DNA of 64,000 nucleotides from Candidatus Poribacteria bacterium (GTDB lineage Bacteria; Poribacteria; WGA-4E; WGA-3G): assembly GCA_965205015.1 (NCBI GenBank), contig OZ242029.1, positions 3,808,001 through 3,872,000 on the forward strand, in the 5' to 3' direction. Under the pieces are notes generated by a model that saw only the letters and a program-made list of their open reading frames with translations, made no database searches and was not told the DNA's origin. Shown here piece by piece: positions 48,963 to 57,804 of the stretch (position 1 is the first letter of the stretch; the number at the start of each line of letters is the position of its first letter). The position numbers were made by a program, and so were the translations under genes.

Positions 48963-50321
48963 CTATGTTTCCAAGAAATTGGTAAAAATGGTTCCACTGT
49001 GAAAGCGTTCATCGTTGAGGATATTCTGGAAGAGCGGAATCGTGGTTTTAATACCTTCAATTTCAAATTCAGACAATGCGCGTTTCAACCGCGCGATCGC
49101 CTCTTCTCGATCCCTGCCCATTGCGATGAGTTTCGCCACGAGTGAATCGTAGTGTGACGGGACAGTATACCCGGTGTAGAGATACCCATCCACCCGAATC
49201 CCGATGCCGCCGGGGGGATGGTAGGCGGTAACAACCCCTGGTGAAGGCATGAACTGATTTGCTGGATCTTCGGCATTAATTCTGCATTCAATGGCGTGTC
49301 CTTGGATTTGAATATCGGATTGGTTATATCCGAGTTGATCTCCCATCGCGAGCCGAATCTGTTCTTTGATGAGATCAATGCCGGTGATACTCTCGGTGAC
49401 GGTATGCTCGACTTGAATCCGTGTGTTCATTTCCAAGAAATAGAAATTCTCATCTTTATCGACAACAAACTCGATGGTTCCAGCATTTGTATAGCCGATC
49501 GCTTTTGCGGCTTTTGCGGCGGCTTTACAGATATCGTTGCGAAGTTTCGGTGGAATTGAGGCAGCGGGTGCTTCTTCCAAGAGTTTCTGTTGTTTCCGTT
49601 GGATAGAGCACTCCCGTTCACCGAGGTGGACGACATTCCCGTGGGTATCGCCGAGGATTTGGACTTCAATATGTCGGGCTTCTTCAATCCATTTTTCAAT
49701 GTAGACGTCCCCGTTCCCAAAAGCCGCTTCACCCTCTGCTTTCGCGGTGTGAAATAGATTAAGGAGGCTCGGCTGATTTTCGGCGATTCGGATGCCCCGC
49801 CCGCCACCACCCGCCACGGCTTTGATCCCGATAGGATACCCGATTTTCTCAGCGAGCTGCGCGGCCTCCTCGGCGGTGTCAACTGTTCCTTTTTTGTTGT
49901 TTTTACGCCGACCGCCTTGGCTGCCGGGTATAAGTTTAAGTCCGGCTTTTGCGACAGTCTCGCGTGCCTTCACTTTATCCCCCATGGTGGCGATATCTGC
50001 GATGGAGGGTCCAATAAACTGTATCTGATGCGCCTCACAAATTTCCGCAAATTGCGCATCCTCAGCGAGGAACCCCGCGCCCGGATGAATTGCGTTGACA
50101 TTCGCGTAATCCGCAACAGTGATGATATTGGAGTATTTGAGATAACTCTCGGCTGAGGGCGGTGGACCGATACAATACCGCTCGTCAGCTAATTTTACGT
50201 GTAGTGCGTTTTCATCAGCGGTTGAATAGATCGCTACCGTTTTTATCCCCATGTCTTTGCAGGCACGGATGATACGGACAGCGATCTCACCGCGATTTGC
50301 TATCAGTATTTTTTTTATCAT
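48963..50321 (-). CDS. accC: acetyl-CoA carboxylase biotin carboxylase
   Basis: ILIANRGEIA, GGGGRG, ERECSIQR, FLEMNTRIQVEH and HAIECRINAED. Confidence 0.97.
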   Translation of the reverse strand: MIKKILIANRGEIAVRIIRACKDMGIKTVAIYSTADENALHVKLADERYCIGPPPSAESYLKYSNIITVADYANVNAIHPGAGFLAEDAQFAEICEAHQIQFIGPSIADIATMGDKVKARETVAKAGLKLIPGSQGGRRKNNKKGTVDTAEEAAQLAEKIGYPIGIKAVAGGGGRGIRIAENQPSLLNLFHTAKAEGEAAFGNGDVYIEKWIEEARHIEVQILGDTHGNVVHLGERECSIQRKQQKLLEEAPAASIPPKLRNDICKAAAKAAKAIGYTNAGTIEFVVDKDENFYFLEMNTRIQVEHTVTESITGIDLIKEQIRLAMGDQLGYNQSDIQIQGHAIECRINAEDPANQFMPSPGVVTAYHPPGGIGIRVDGYLYTGYTVPSHYDSLVAKLIAMGRDREEAIARLKRALSEFEIEGIKTTIPLFQNILNDERFHSGTIFTNFLET

Positions 50322-50558
50322 GTTTTTTTATGGTTTTCGGTTCGGATTTTTTCTGCCGAGAAAATCCTTGAGGTAGTCGGTTTTTCGGTTAAGAGGGTAT
50401 CGTTTAACAAAAACCTCTTGTCCGATAACCTTAACCATCAACTCGTGCTTTAACACTTATAACGAAGGGTTTTTGCGAATCAACGCTGAATGCGCGTGTG
50501 GCATTCATCGGGGTGTTTCTTCAAGTTGATGGTTAAAACTGATAACCGATAACTATTC

Positions 50559-51080
50559 CTAAGAAATCTGCTTCACTCGGAACAGCGGTTGCGCATATTC
50601 AACCGCCTCACCATCGTCAGCGAGAATCTCTAAAATCTCACAGTTAAATGGAGCTTCCACAGGATTGTAAGTTTTCATGACTTCAAGGACGGCAACGGGT
50701 TCACCGGTTGCAACGATATCCCCAACTTTTACAAAGGACGGTTCGTCAGGGGCAGGGGAGCGGTAGAAGCGCGAGGGCATAGGGGCACTGATATAGGCAT
50801 TATGTGCCTCCGTACCCCCTTCGGCATTCGGGGGCTCTACAGGAAGCTGCGGCGCACCTACTGACACATTTGTCTCTGCGGGACGTGGTGAGGACTGTTC
50901 ATATACGCCAGGGTTCTCGCGATGCCTGGAAACCTGTACCTCAAACTCGTTGTCCCGGATGCGGACTTCCGAAAGGTCGGTACGGACAAGAATTTCTGCC
51001 AACTGTTCAACAATTTCTAAGAGATCATTGTTGTTGTGTTCAGCAGATTGAGATTTATCCTTGGATCTGTTTTGACGCAT
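50559..51080 (-). CDS. accB: biotin carboxyl carrier protein
   Basis: APM..FYRSPAP, EVMK biotinylation motif and VEYAQPLF; upstream of accC. Confidence 0.9.
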   Translation of the reverse strand: MRQNRSKDKSQSAEHNNNDLLEIVEQLAEILVRTDLSEVRIRDNEFEVQVSRHRENPGVYEQSSPRPAETNVSVGAPQLPVEPPNAEGGTEAHNAYISAPMPSRFYRSPAPDEPSFVKVGDIVATGEPVAVLEVMKTYNPVEAPFNCEILEILADDGEAVEYAQPLFRVKQIS

Positions 51081-51218
51081 TTGTTTTTTTAATGGTTGTC
51101 AGTTGTCGGTTAAAGAAGCATTTTTGTAGCAATTACCCCATTTTGGAATATTCCAAGTAGCGGAAATTGTTAGCAGAAGTCTCTTAACCGATGGCCGATA
51201 GCCAATAACCGATACCTA

Positions 51219-51776
51219 TTATATCCTTTCTACATATTTTCCGGTGCGTGTGTCAACTTTGATACGCGTTTCGTTCTGAACGAACAACGGCACATTAACA
51301 ACACCGCCCGTCTCTAGCGTGGCACGCTTCGAACCGCCGCTGACAGTATCGCCTCGTAATCCTGGGTCGGTCTCAACGATCTGAAGCTCAACAAAGTTCG
51401 GAAGTTCAACGGCAAGTGGGATTACCCCTTCCATTTTGACGGTGACCGTTTCACCCTCTTTTAGGAACTTCAGGTCGTCTCCGATGAGGTCTACAGGGAG
51501 TGTGTGTTGTTCAAAGGTCTCGTTATCCATAAACCACAATGCCTCTCCATCCCGGTACATATACTGCATCTGGTGATCCATGAGTCTGACGGTTTCGACA
51601 TTTTCATTCGCGCGAAACGTCCTGTCCAAGACGGCACCGTCGGAAACACGTTTGATTTTGGTGCGTGCGAAGGCACCCCCTTTTCCTGGCTTGACGTGCT
51701 CACAGCTGACTATGGTATAAATCGTATCATTGAGTCGGATAACTAACCCGTTGCGTAAATCGTTAAGTGCTGCCAT
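51219..51776 (-). CDS. efp: elongation factor P
   Basis: HVKPGKGGAF, PGLRGDT, VPLF and VDTRTGKYVER. Confidence 0.97.
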   Translation of the reverse strand: MAALNDLRNGLVIRLNDTIYTIVSCEHVKPGKGGAFARTKIKRVSDGAVLDRTFRANENVETVRLMDHQMQYMYRDGEALWFMDNETFEQHTLPVDLIGDDLKFLKEGETVTVKMEGVIPLAVELPNFVELQIVETDPGLRGDTVSGGSKRATLETGGVVNVPLFVQNETRIKVDTRTGKYVERI

Positions 51777-51843
51777 TTCTTCCTCTTTATTGGCTATCGG
51801 CTATCAGTGTTGACTGCTGATGGAAACCGATGGCTGACTGCTA

Positions 51844-52458
51844 TTAAAGCAAAGCAATTGCTTGTTCCAAAGCCTTTGCTCTGTGACTCATCTGGTTTTT
51901 TATTTCTTCTCCTAATTCTGCGAAAGTCTGATGATAACCATCGGGTACAAACACAGGGTCATAGCCGAAACCGCTCTCTCCCACAGGATCATGCCTGATG
52001 TGTCCCTCACACACACCGAGGACCACCTCAGGTTCGGCATTCGGATGTACCACCGCAATCGCGGCGATGAATCGTGCCTGCCGATTGTTAACACCTTCAA
52101 GTGCCTGAAGGAGTTTTGCAACCCGGGTCTCATCCGTTGCGTCTTCACCCGCCCAGCGTTTGGAGTGAATGCCTGGTGCGCCCCCGAGAGCATCTACCTC
52201 CAATCCGGCATCATCGGCGAGGGTAAGATGGGATGTATATTCAGCAATAATGGATGCCTTTTTAACAGCATTCTCCGTATACGTTTTCCCATCTTCAATT
52301 ACCTCTGGGGCATCTGGATAATTTTCCAAAGAGATAATTTCGATAGGAGAGGCAGAGGACCTATCCTGTACGGGCGAGGTAACCTCGCCCCTACGGCGGA
52401 GCATGTTCGTGAGTTCTCGTACTTTACCTTGATTACGCGTCGCTAATACGAGCTTCAT
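51844..52458 (-). CDS. rdgB: non-canonical purine NTP pyrophosphatase (RdgB/HAM1)
   Basis: [37 protein letters not shown] and SHRAKA. Confidence 0.95.
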   Translation of the reverse strand: MKLVLATRNQGKVRELTNMLRRRGEVTSPVQDRSSASPIEIISLENYPDAPEVIEDGKTYTENAVKKASIIAEYTSHLTLADDAGLEVDALGGAPGIHSKRWAGEDATDETRVAKLLQALEGVNNRQARFIAAIAVVHPNAEPEVVLGVCEGHIRHDPVGESGFGYDPVFVPDGYHQTFAELGEEIKNQMSHRAKALEQAIALL

Positions 52459-53194
52459 CTAAATTCTCCAACATCATCCGATTTTGGAGTCGGATCAGTT
52501 GTTGTATACCGCCAACGGCGAGATCCAGCATTTGGTCATACTCGGTACGCGAAAAGGGTTTTTCCTCTGCGGTGCCTTGTATCTCTATAAATTTCCCGTT
52601 CCCTGTCATCACAATGTTCATATCGACATCCGCTGTTGAGTCTTCCGTATAACAGAGGTCTAACATCGGTTGACCGTCAATAAGTCCGACACTTGTAGCG
52701 GCAATGTTATCGGTAATAGGAAAATTTTTAATTCGTTTCCTTTTAACAAGTGCTTGGCAGGCATCCCAGAGCGCGATGAAGGCACCTGTGATAGATGCAG
52801 TGCGTGTGCCCCCATCAGCCTGAATGACATCACAATCGACCCAAACGGTATGCTCTTGCAAGGCATCTAAATCTACCGCGGCACGTAAGGAACGCCCGAT
52901 AAGACGTTGGATTTCCTGTGTTCTTCCGCTGACGCCGCCCCGGGTTGCCTCACGTTGCATCCGTTCAGAAGTAGAGCGGGGTAACATAGAGTACTCCGCT
53001 GTCACCCATCCCCTATTTCTGATACGCTGGTTACGCATAAAACGCGGCTGTTGGTCAATCACAGAGGCGGTGCATATCACCCGGGTATCCCCAGTCGCGA
53101 TGAGAACAGAGCCTTCGGCATGTTTGATATAGTGTCGTTTGATTGTGACGGGACGCAGTTCATCTATCCCGCGTCCATCCTCTCGGGTTTCCAT
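52433..53194 (-). CDS. rph: ribonuclease PH
   Basis: [43 protein letters not shown] and EIQGTAE. Confidence 0.97.
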   Translation of the reverse strand: METREDGRGIDELRPVTIKRHYIKHAEGSVLIATGDTRVICTASVIDQQPRFMRNQRIRNRGWVTAEYSMLPRSTSERMQREATRGGVSGRTQEIQRLIGRSLRAAVDLDALQEHTVWVDCDVIQADGGTRTASITGAFIALWDACQALVKRKRIKNFPITDNIAATSVGLIDGQPMLDLCYTEDSTADVDMNIVMTGNGKFIEIQGTAEEKPFSRTEYDQMLDLAVGGIQQLIRLQNRMMLENLDEARISDA

Positions 53195-53365
53195 GTTCTC
53201 TTTCCTATTTTTTATTCGTTATCGGCAGTCAGGTGTTTTTGCTTAGGTGTTTCCCGAGGTTTTCTACGAAAACCCTTTCAGCAGTCGGTAAACAGGGCAT
53301 CGTTAAACGAAAACCGTCTTACCGATCGCCAATTGTCTCTTTCCCATCTTGCTGACCCCTGACGG

Positions 53366-53578
53366 CTATTCTAAGGTTTCCAGCAATGCCAATGCTTTTG
53401 TGTAACTTTTCCGCTCAAGATAGTGCAGAAGCATCTTAGGGGCTGTCGGTGCGAGCGCTTGAGAGAGTGCGTTAATCTGTTTTAACTGTTCCATGATATC
53501 CTCGCCTGTCTCAATCCGCTGCATCATAGTTTCCAACGCTTGCCGAAGGTCAGAAAAACGTTCAATTTCAGCTTGCAT
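53366..53578 (-). CDS. small hypothetical protein
   Basis: 70 aa, helical, LHYLERKSYTKAL; overlaps the upstream stop. Confidence 0.65.
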   Translation of the reverse strand: MQAEIERFSDLRQALETMMQRIETGEDIMEQLKQINALSQALAPTAPKMLLHYLERKSYTKALALLETLE

Positions 53579-54485
53579 CTAATGGCTCCAATTCATCAAC
53601 GGCTTTGCAGGTTCGCAGAGAGACGTTGTTAGGCGATGGATCGTAACCTTTCCACGCATAAGGATCGACGCCAGAAACTGGGATGATGCATCGTCGATCG
53701 GCACTGGCGGGACGTTCTCCGTCTTGAATTGACCAAGGTAACAACGACCATGAATTGCAGTAATGGTTCACCAAAACCCTGCGATATGTATCTCCCCGGT
53801 TTTTACGAGAACGGTGAAGTAGATAACCGTTGAAAAACACTAATGCGCCGGTTGTAACTTCAACGGGCACCTCATCTGTGTCATCAAAACCGTAACTCTC
53901 CCAAGCAAAATCGAACTCATCAGGGTTCTCGTGGTATCTCTGTGGGTAGAGATATCCTTTGCGATGTGAGCCGGGAAGGACCCACAAACATCCATTTTCT
54001 ATGGTTGCATCGTCCATTGCCGTCCACGCGCCAATCAAGGAGCGATCGCGGGTCGGAATATAAAATTCGTCCTGATGCCATGCCTGCCCCTGAAAATCTG
54101 GCGGTTTTACAAAGAGCATCGACTGCATACACTTGACGCTTCCGTCCCAATACGGAAGATGTGCCGCAGTTATCTGACTCAGGATACCACAGATTTTCGG
54201 GTGCTTGACGTATTTCTCGATAATTGGACTGACGAAATGAGGCTGATGAATGCAAAGGATACGTCCAATTGCCTCTTCATCACCGATATCTTCAGGAAGC
54301 GGTTGGAGGCTGTCACACGGATATCCACCTTTCGCAAGCGTAACAGTATCCTGCCGCAATTCCTCTACCTCATCCAGAGAAAGCAGATCTGGGACAATAA
54401 GATACCCATTATCAATAAAAAATTGGACCTGTTCCTCAGATATAATTTGTGGCACCTCAATCGGTGCACTCGGTTCAAAGTTCAT
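53568..54485 (-). CDS. PhyH family dioxygenase
   Basis: FVKPP..GQAWHQD, ENGCLWVLPGSH and LLHRS..N. Confidence 0.9.
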   Translation of the reverse strand: MNFEPSAPIEVPQIISEEQVQFFIDNGYLIVPDLLSLDEVEELRQDTVTLAKGGYPCDSLQPLPEDIGDEEAIGRILCIHQPHFVSPIIEKYVKHPKICGILSQITAAHLPYWDGSVKCMQSMLFVKPPDFQGQAWHQDEFYIPTRDRSLIGAWTAMDDATIENGCLWVLPGSHRKGYLYPQRYHENPDEFDFAWESYGFDDTDEVPVEVTTGALVFFNGYLLHRSRKNRGDTYRRVLVNHYCNSWSLLPWSIQDGERPASADRRCIIPVSGVDPYAWKGYDPSPNNVSLRTCKAVDELEPLDAS

Positions 54486-54570
54486 TTTTTAATCTATTGC
54501 TCCTGTGCGCGAGCCTATAAAGGAACGCATCCGATAGTTCTAACGCCCGTTATTTCACCGCAAGGTAAAA

Positions 54571-56709
54571 TTAAACACGGTTGGCGAGGAACATCTCTGT
54601 TATTGCTAAAGCAAAAACCGCAAACATAAGATAGATCCATACATTCTGATTACGCTCTACATCCTCATTGTATTGCGCCACGAGTTCTGCTGTGGGTTTA
54701 TCTTCGACTAATTCGTCAGCCGTGCCTTTCAGCATACTCGTGAGCTCCTCAATATCACGCGCTGCAAGATCGGACTCCGTGGTATCAACGTTGACGACAA
54801 AATAGTCTGTAACTTCTGTGCCAGACCTATGAACTGAATAGATACCGGGCATTGCTGTGTCCGAATATAAAACACTATTTTGTGGTATATTCTCTGCTGT
54901 AGGTGTAACAGCTGTGTTCTGTCCCAAGCGCGTCTCACTGTTATTTGGATTGAAGATAGCGATCTCTTTGTTCCTGGTTCTACTCTTATTCTCAGTTTCT
55001 GAAACCTTTAGTTCTATGGTGTCTCCGACGCGGTAATCCGGCAGTGTTTCTGCGTCTTTCAGTGCGAGATACTTAATAGCTTCATGAAGGAAAGGTAAAT
55101 AAACGGCGCGAATCGGTAAATCGTTCCATTCTCGGTCTATGGTCGAGGTAAAACAGAGGACACGCCCCAGGTTTCCGTAAGGTTTCTCAAAGAGTGCAGG
55201 ACTGCCATCATCATAAGAAGCAATGACGGTGGCATTTTCCGTGGGTACCGCCTGAAAAATTCTATAAAATCGCGCCTTACCAAAATCGCCATGGTTCGGT
55301 TCCTTGAACGCAGCGAAAATCGGGTGTTCGTACTTCACTGTCGCCAGGACACGGAATTGCTGACGATCGAAAGCATCGCCGACGGGTCGGACGAAGTTAC
55401 AGGGCATCAAACCTATCTTGCCACCAAGGCGTTGTTCGTAGGCTTCCGTGTCTATGTTATCGCCCACTGTCAGAATCAATCCACCGCCTGCAGCAACGTA
55501 GGTCGCCACGCGTCCGGCTTCATTAGAAGAGAGTTGTGCTACATTGGCAAGCACCAGAACATCGGTACGATCGAGCGTCGCCGCGCTGGGCACCGAACTC
55601 GATTCGGTAAAATCAATAGGCACCGCGTCACGACCTGCCGTAAACGCCATTTTCATGAAAAACGTTTCCATTGTCTGATAGGAGCTTTGTGTCCGCGGTT
55701 TGTCACTGACCGCATGAACCCTGATTGACCGGAGACTTTGTAAAGTGAAATAGCGTTTGTTGTCGACCTGGAGCGCATCTTCAGGCAGTTCAACCCAACC
55801 TGTATGCGTCGCCTCGTCCTGAAAGTCCACACTGAAAGCAGCATCGGCGAGATCGTCTGGCTCAATGTCCAGCTGAACGGTGTGAATCATATTTCCATCT
55901 ACGAACAGACGGACCGGTAGATTTTCAACTGCCTCATCACTGAAATTATGGACGCGTGCAACCAGATAGGAGGTTTGCTGTTCCTTCAGGATTACGGGTG
56001 GTACATTGAGATCTGTTATCGCGAAATTCTGCGGTTGTTCAGGATGGACATCGATAAACTGAATTTGGACATCAGCGTTGAGTTTATCCGTTTCAATGAA
56101 GTTCTCCCATCCGCGTTTTTGCATATCCGCAATCACGTAAATCTGTTTTTCACCGATAGGAATAGACGCAAGTATTTCGTCAGCGGTTTGCAGCGCATCT
56201 AAATAATCTGTAGGTTTATAGGTGGCTTCTGCATCGTTCAAAGCCGCCTGAATGTGTGAAAACTCTGAACCGAGTGGTGCAACGACACGAGCACTGTCCG
56301 AAGAAAGAATAAGACCAGCGGCATCGGTGGCATCAAGCCCGTCAAGAATTTTGATACCCTCCTTTTTTGCGTTCTCAAATACTTTCTCATATTGCATACT
56401 ATAGGAGGTATCCAAAATGATAATTGCGTTTCGTTTGCCCCCCGTTTTCTGGGCAATGATTGGGGCTTCCGCGAAGAACGGTCGCGCAAACGCAAAACCG
56501 AGCAGTGCCAATATCAAAATACGCATGAGCAGCAGCAGTAACCGTTTCAATTTATGCCGTCTCACGTTCGTCTGATGCGACATCTGGATGAAACGGATGG
56601 TACCGAACACCAATCGTCTCGCGCGTTCCCGGTTCAACAGGTGTAAGATGAGCGGAATTGAGGCACCAACAACACCTGCTACCGCGAATAAAGGGGCTAA
56701 AAATATCAT
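54571..56709 (-). CDS. BatA-domain / vWA / GATase-like membrane protein
   Basis: IPLILHLL..F..(BatA), LDTSYSM (MIDAS), DNKRY, PGIYSV..VN..ESDL and a C-terminal TM. Confidence 0.88.
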   Translation of the reverse strand: MIFLAPLFAVAGVVGASIPLILHLLNRERARRLVFGTIRFIQMSHQTNVRRHKLKRLLLLLMRILILALLGFAFARPFFAEAPIIAQKTGGKRNAIIILDTSYSMQYEKVFENAKKEGIKILDGLDATDAAGLILSSDSARVVAPLGSEFSHIQAALNDAEATYKPTDYLDALQTADEILASIPIGEKQIYVIADMQKRGWENFIETDKLNADVQIQFIDVHPEQPQNFAITDLNVPPVILKEQQTSYLVARVHNFSDEAVENLPVRLFVDGNMIHTVQLDIEPDDLADAAFSVDFQDEATHTGWVELPEDALQVDNKRYFTLQSLRSIRVHAVSDKPRTQSSYQTMETFFMKMAFTAGRDAVPIDFTESSSVPSAATLDRTDVLVLANVAQLSSNEAGRVATYVAAGGGLILTVGDNIDTEAYEQRLGGKIGLMPCNFVRPVGDAFDRQQFRVLATVKYEHPIFAAFKEPNHGDFGKARFYRIFQAVPTENATVIASYDDGSPALFEKPYGNLGRVLCFTSTIDREWNDLPIRAVYLPFLHEAIKYLALKDAETLPDYRVGDTIELKVSETENKSRTRNKEIAIFNPNNSETRLGQNTAVTPTAENIPQNSVLYSDTAMPGIYSVHRSGTEVTDYFVVNVDTTESDLAARDIEELTSMLKGTADELVEDKPTAELVAQYNEDVERNQNVWIYLMFAVFALAITEMFLANRV

Positions 56710-56712
56710 TCC

Positions 56713-57687
56713 TCAAAGGACTCCTTGACGCTTCGCAAGATAGGACGCCAGTGCTAAATCAATCGGTGTTGCTGTTGTTATCAGGTTGTAATCAATATCC
56801 GATTGCCGTAGGGCGAGCCTATAAGTATCAAGAAATTCGTTGAAATTATTCAAATAACTCTCCTGAATCGCTTGCGGCGTTGTGATAATCTCAGCATCAT
56901 TTTCCGAATCGATAAAACGGATAAGGGCTTCTGCACTCCTTCCAGCTTCAAAGTCATCAAATGCAAGTTCCTGATGTGCGAGCACATGAAAGACGATGAC
57001 TTCGTGTCCCTCATATCTGAGATGCTCTAAACCCTCAACGACCTCTGTTTGATCTTCATCGTAGAGGTCGGAGACGAAGAGGACTAAGCCTCGCTTCGTT
57101 AGACGTTCCGCGATTTGATGCAAGGGCGTCCCCATCCGTGTGCTTTTTGCCGTCTGGAGCGTCTCCAACGTGAGTAAGATCGAATGCAAGTGCGATGTGC
57201 TACTACGAGCGGGAAGGTATTGGCGAAGTGTATCATCAAAGTACGCGAACCCAACGGCATCCCGCTGCTTTGCCATAAAATAGGCAAGTGATGCGATGAG
57301 GAAACTGGCGTATCTCAACTTTGTTAGCTTTTGTCCTGTACCGCTCTCCTCTATCGTCGGATCATCCACTTGTGCCGCATCCAACGGATGCAACATAGAC
57401 GCACTGGCATCCAAAAGGAGGTAGCAATTGAGATTGGTTTCTTCTTCAAATTGTTTAATATAGTAACGATCCGTGCGAGCGTAGGCTTTCCAATCTATAT
57501 GTTTCGTATCGTCTCCGGGCATGTATTGTCGGTATTGCGAGAATTCGACACTGAACCCGTGGTATGGACTTTTATGGAGTCCGGAGATAAAGCCTTCAAC
57601 GACAAATTTGGCAATTAATTCAAGATTCCCGATTCGGGCGAGGATTGCTGGATCTAAAAATGAGCGTCCTGCTGGGCTTTGTTGCAT
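56713..57687 (-). CDS. DUF58 (MoxR-associated vWA-like) protein
   Basis: GLHKSPYHGFSVEFSQYRQYMPGDD..IDWK..LDASASM. Confidence 0.93.
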   Translation of the reverse strand: MQQSPAGRSFLDPAILARIGNLELIAKFVVEGFISGLHKSPYHGFSVEFSQYRQYMPGDDTKHIDWKAYARTDRYYIKQFEEETNLNCYLLLDASASMLHPLDAAQVDDPTIEESGTGQKLTKLRYASFLIASLAYFMAKQRDAVGFAYFDDTLRQYLPARSSTSHLHSILLTLETLQTAKSTRMGTPLHQIAERLTKRGLVLFVSDLYDEDQTEVVEGLEHLRYEGHEVIVFHVLAHQELAFDDFEAGRSAEALIRFIDSENDAEIITTPQAIQESYLNNFNEFLDTYRLALRQSDIDYNLITTATPIDLALASYLAKRQGVL

Positions 57688-57804
57688 ACGTATTCTCTCG
57701 AAGGGCGGTCAGCAATCAGTCATCAGCAGTCAGTTTGAAGAGGCGTCCGTTTAAGAACGCCCTTTTCTTGCTGACAGCCGAAGGTTGATGGCTGATAGCC
57801 ATTC

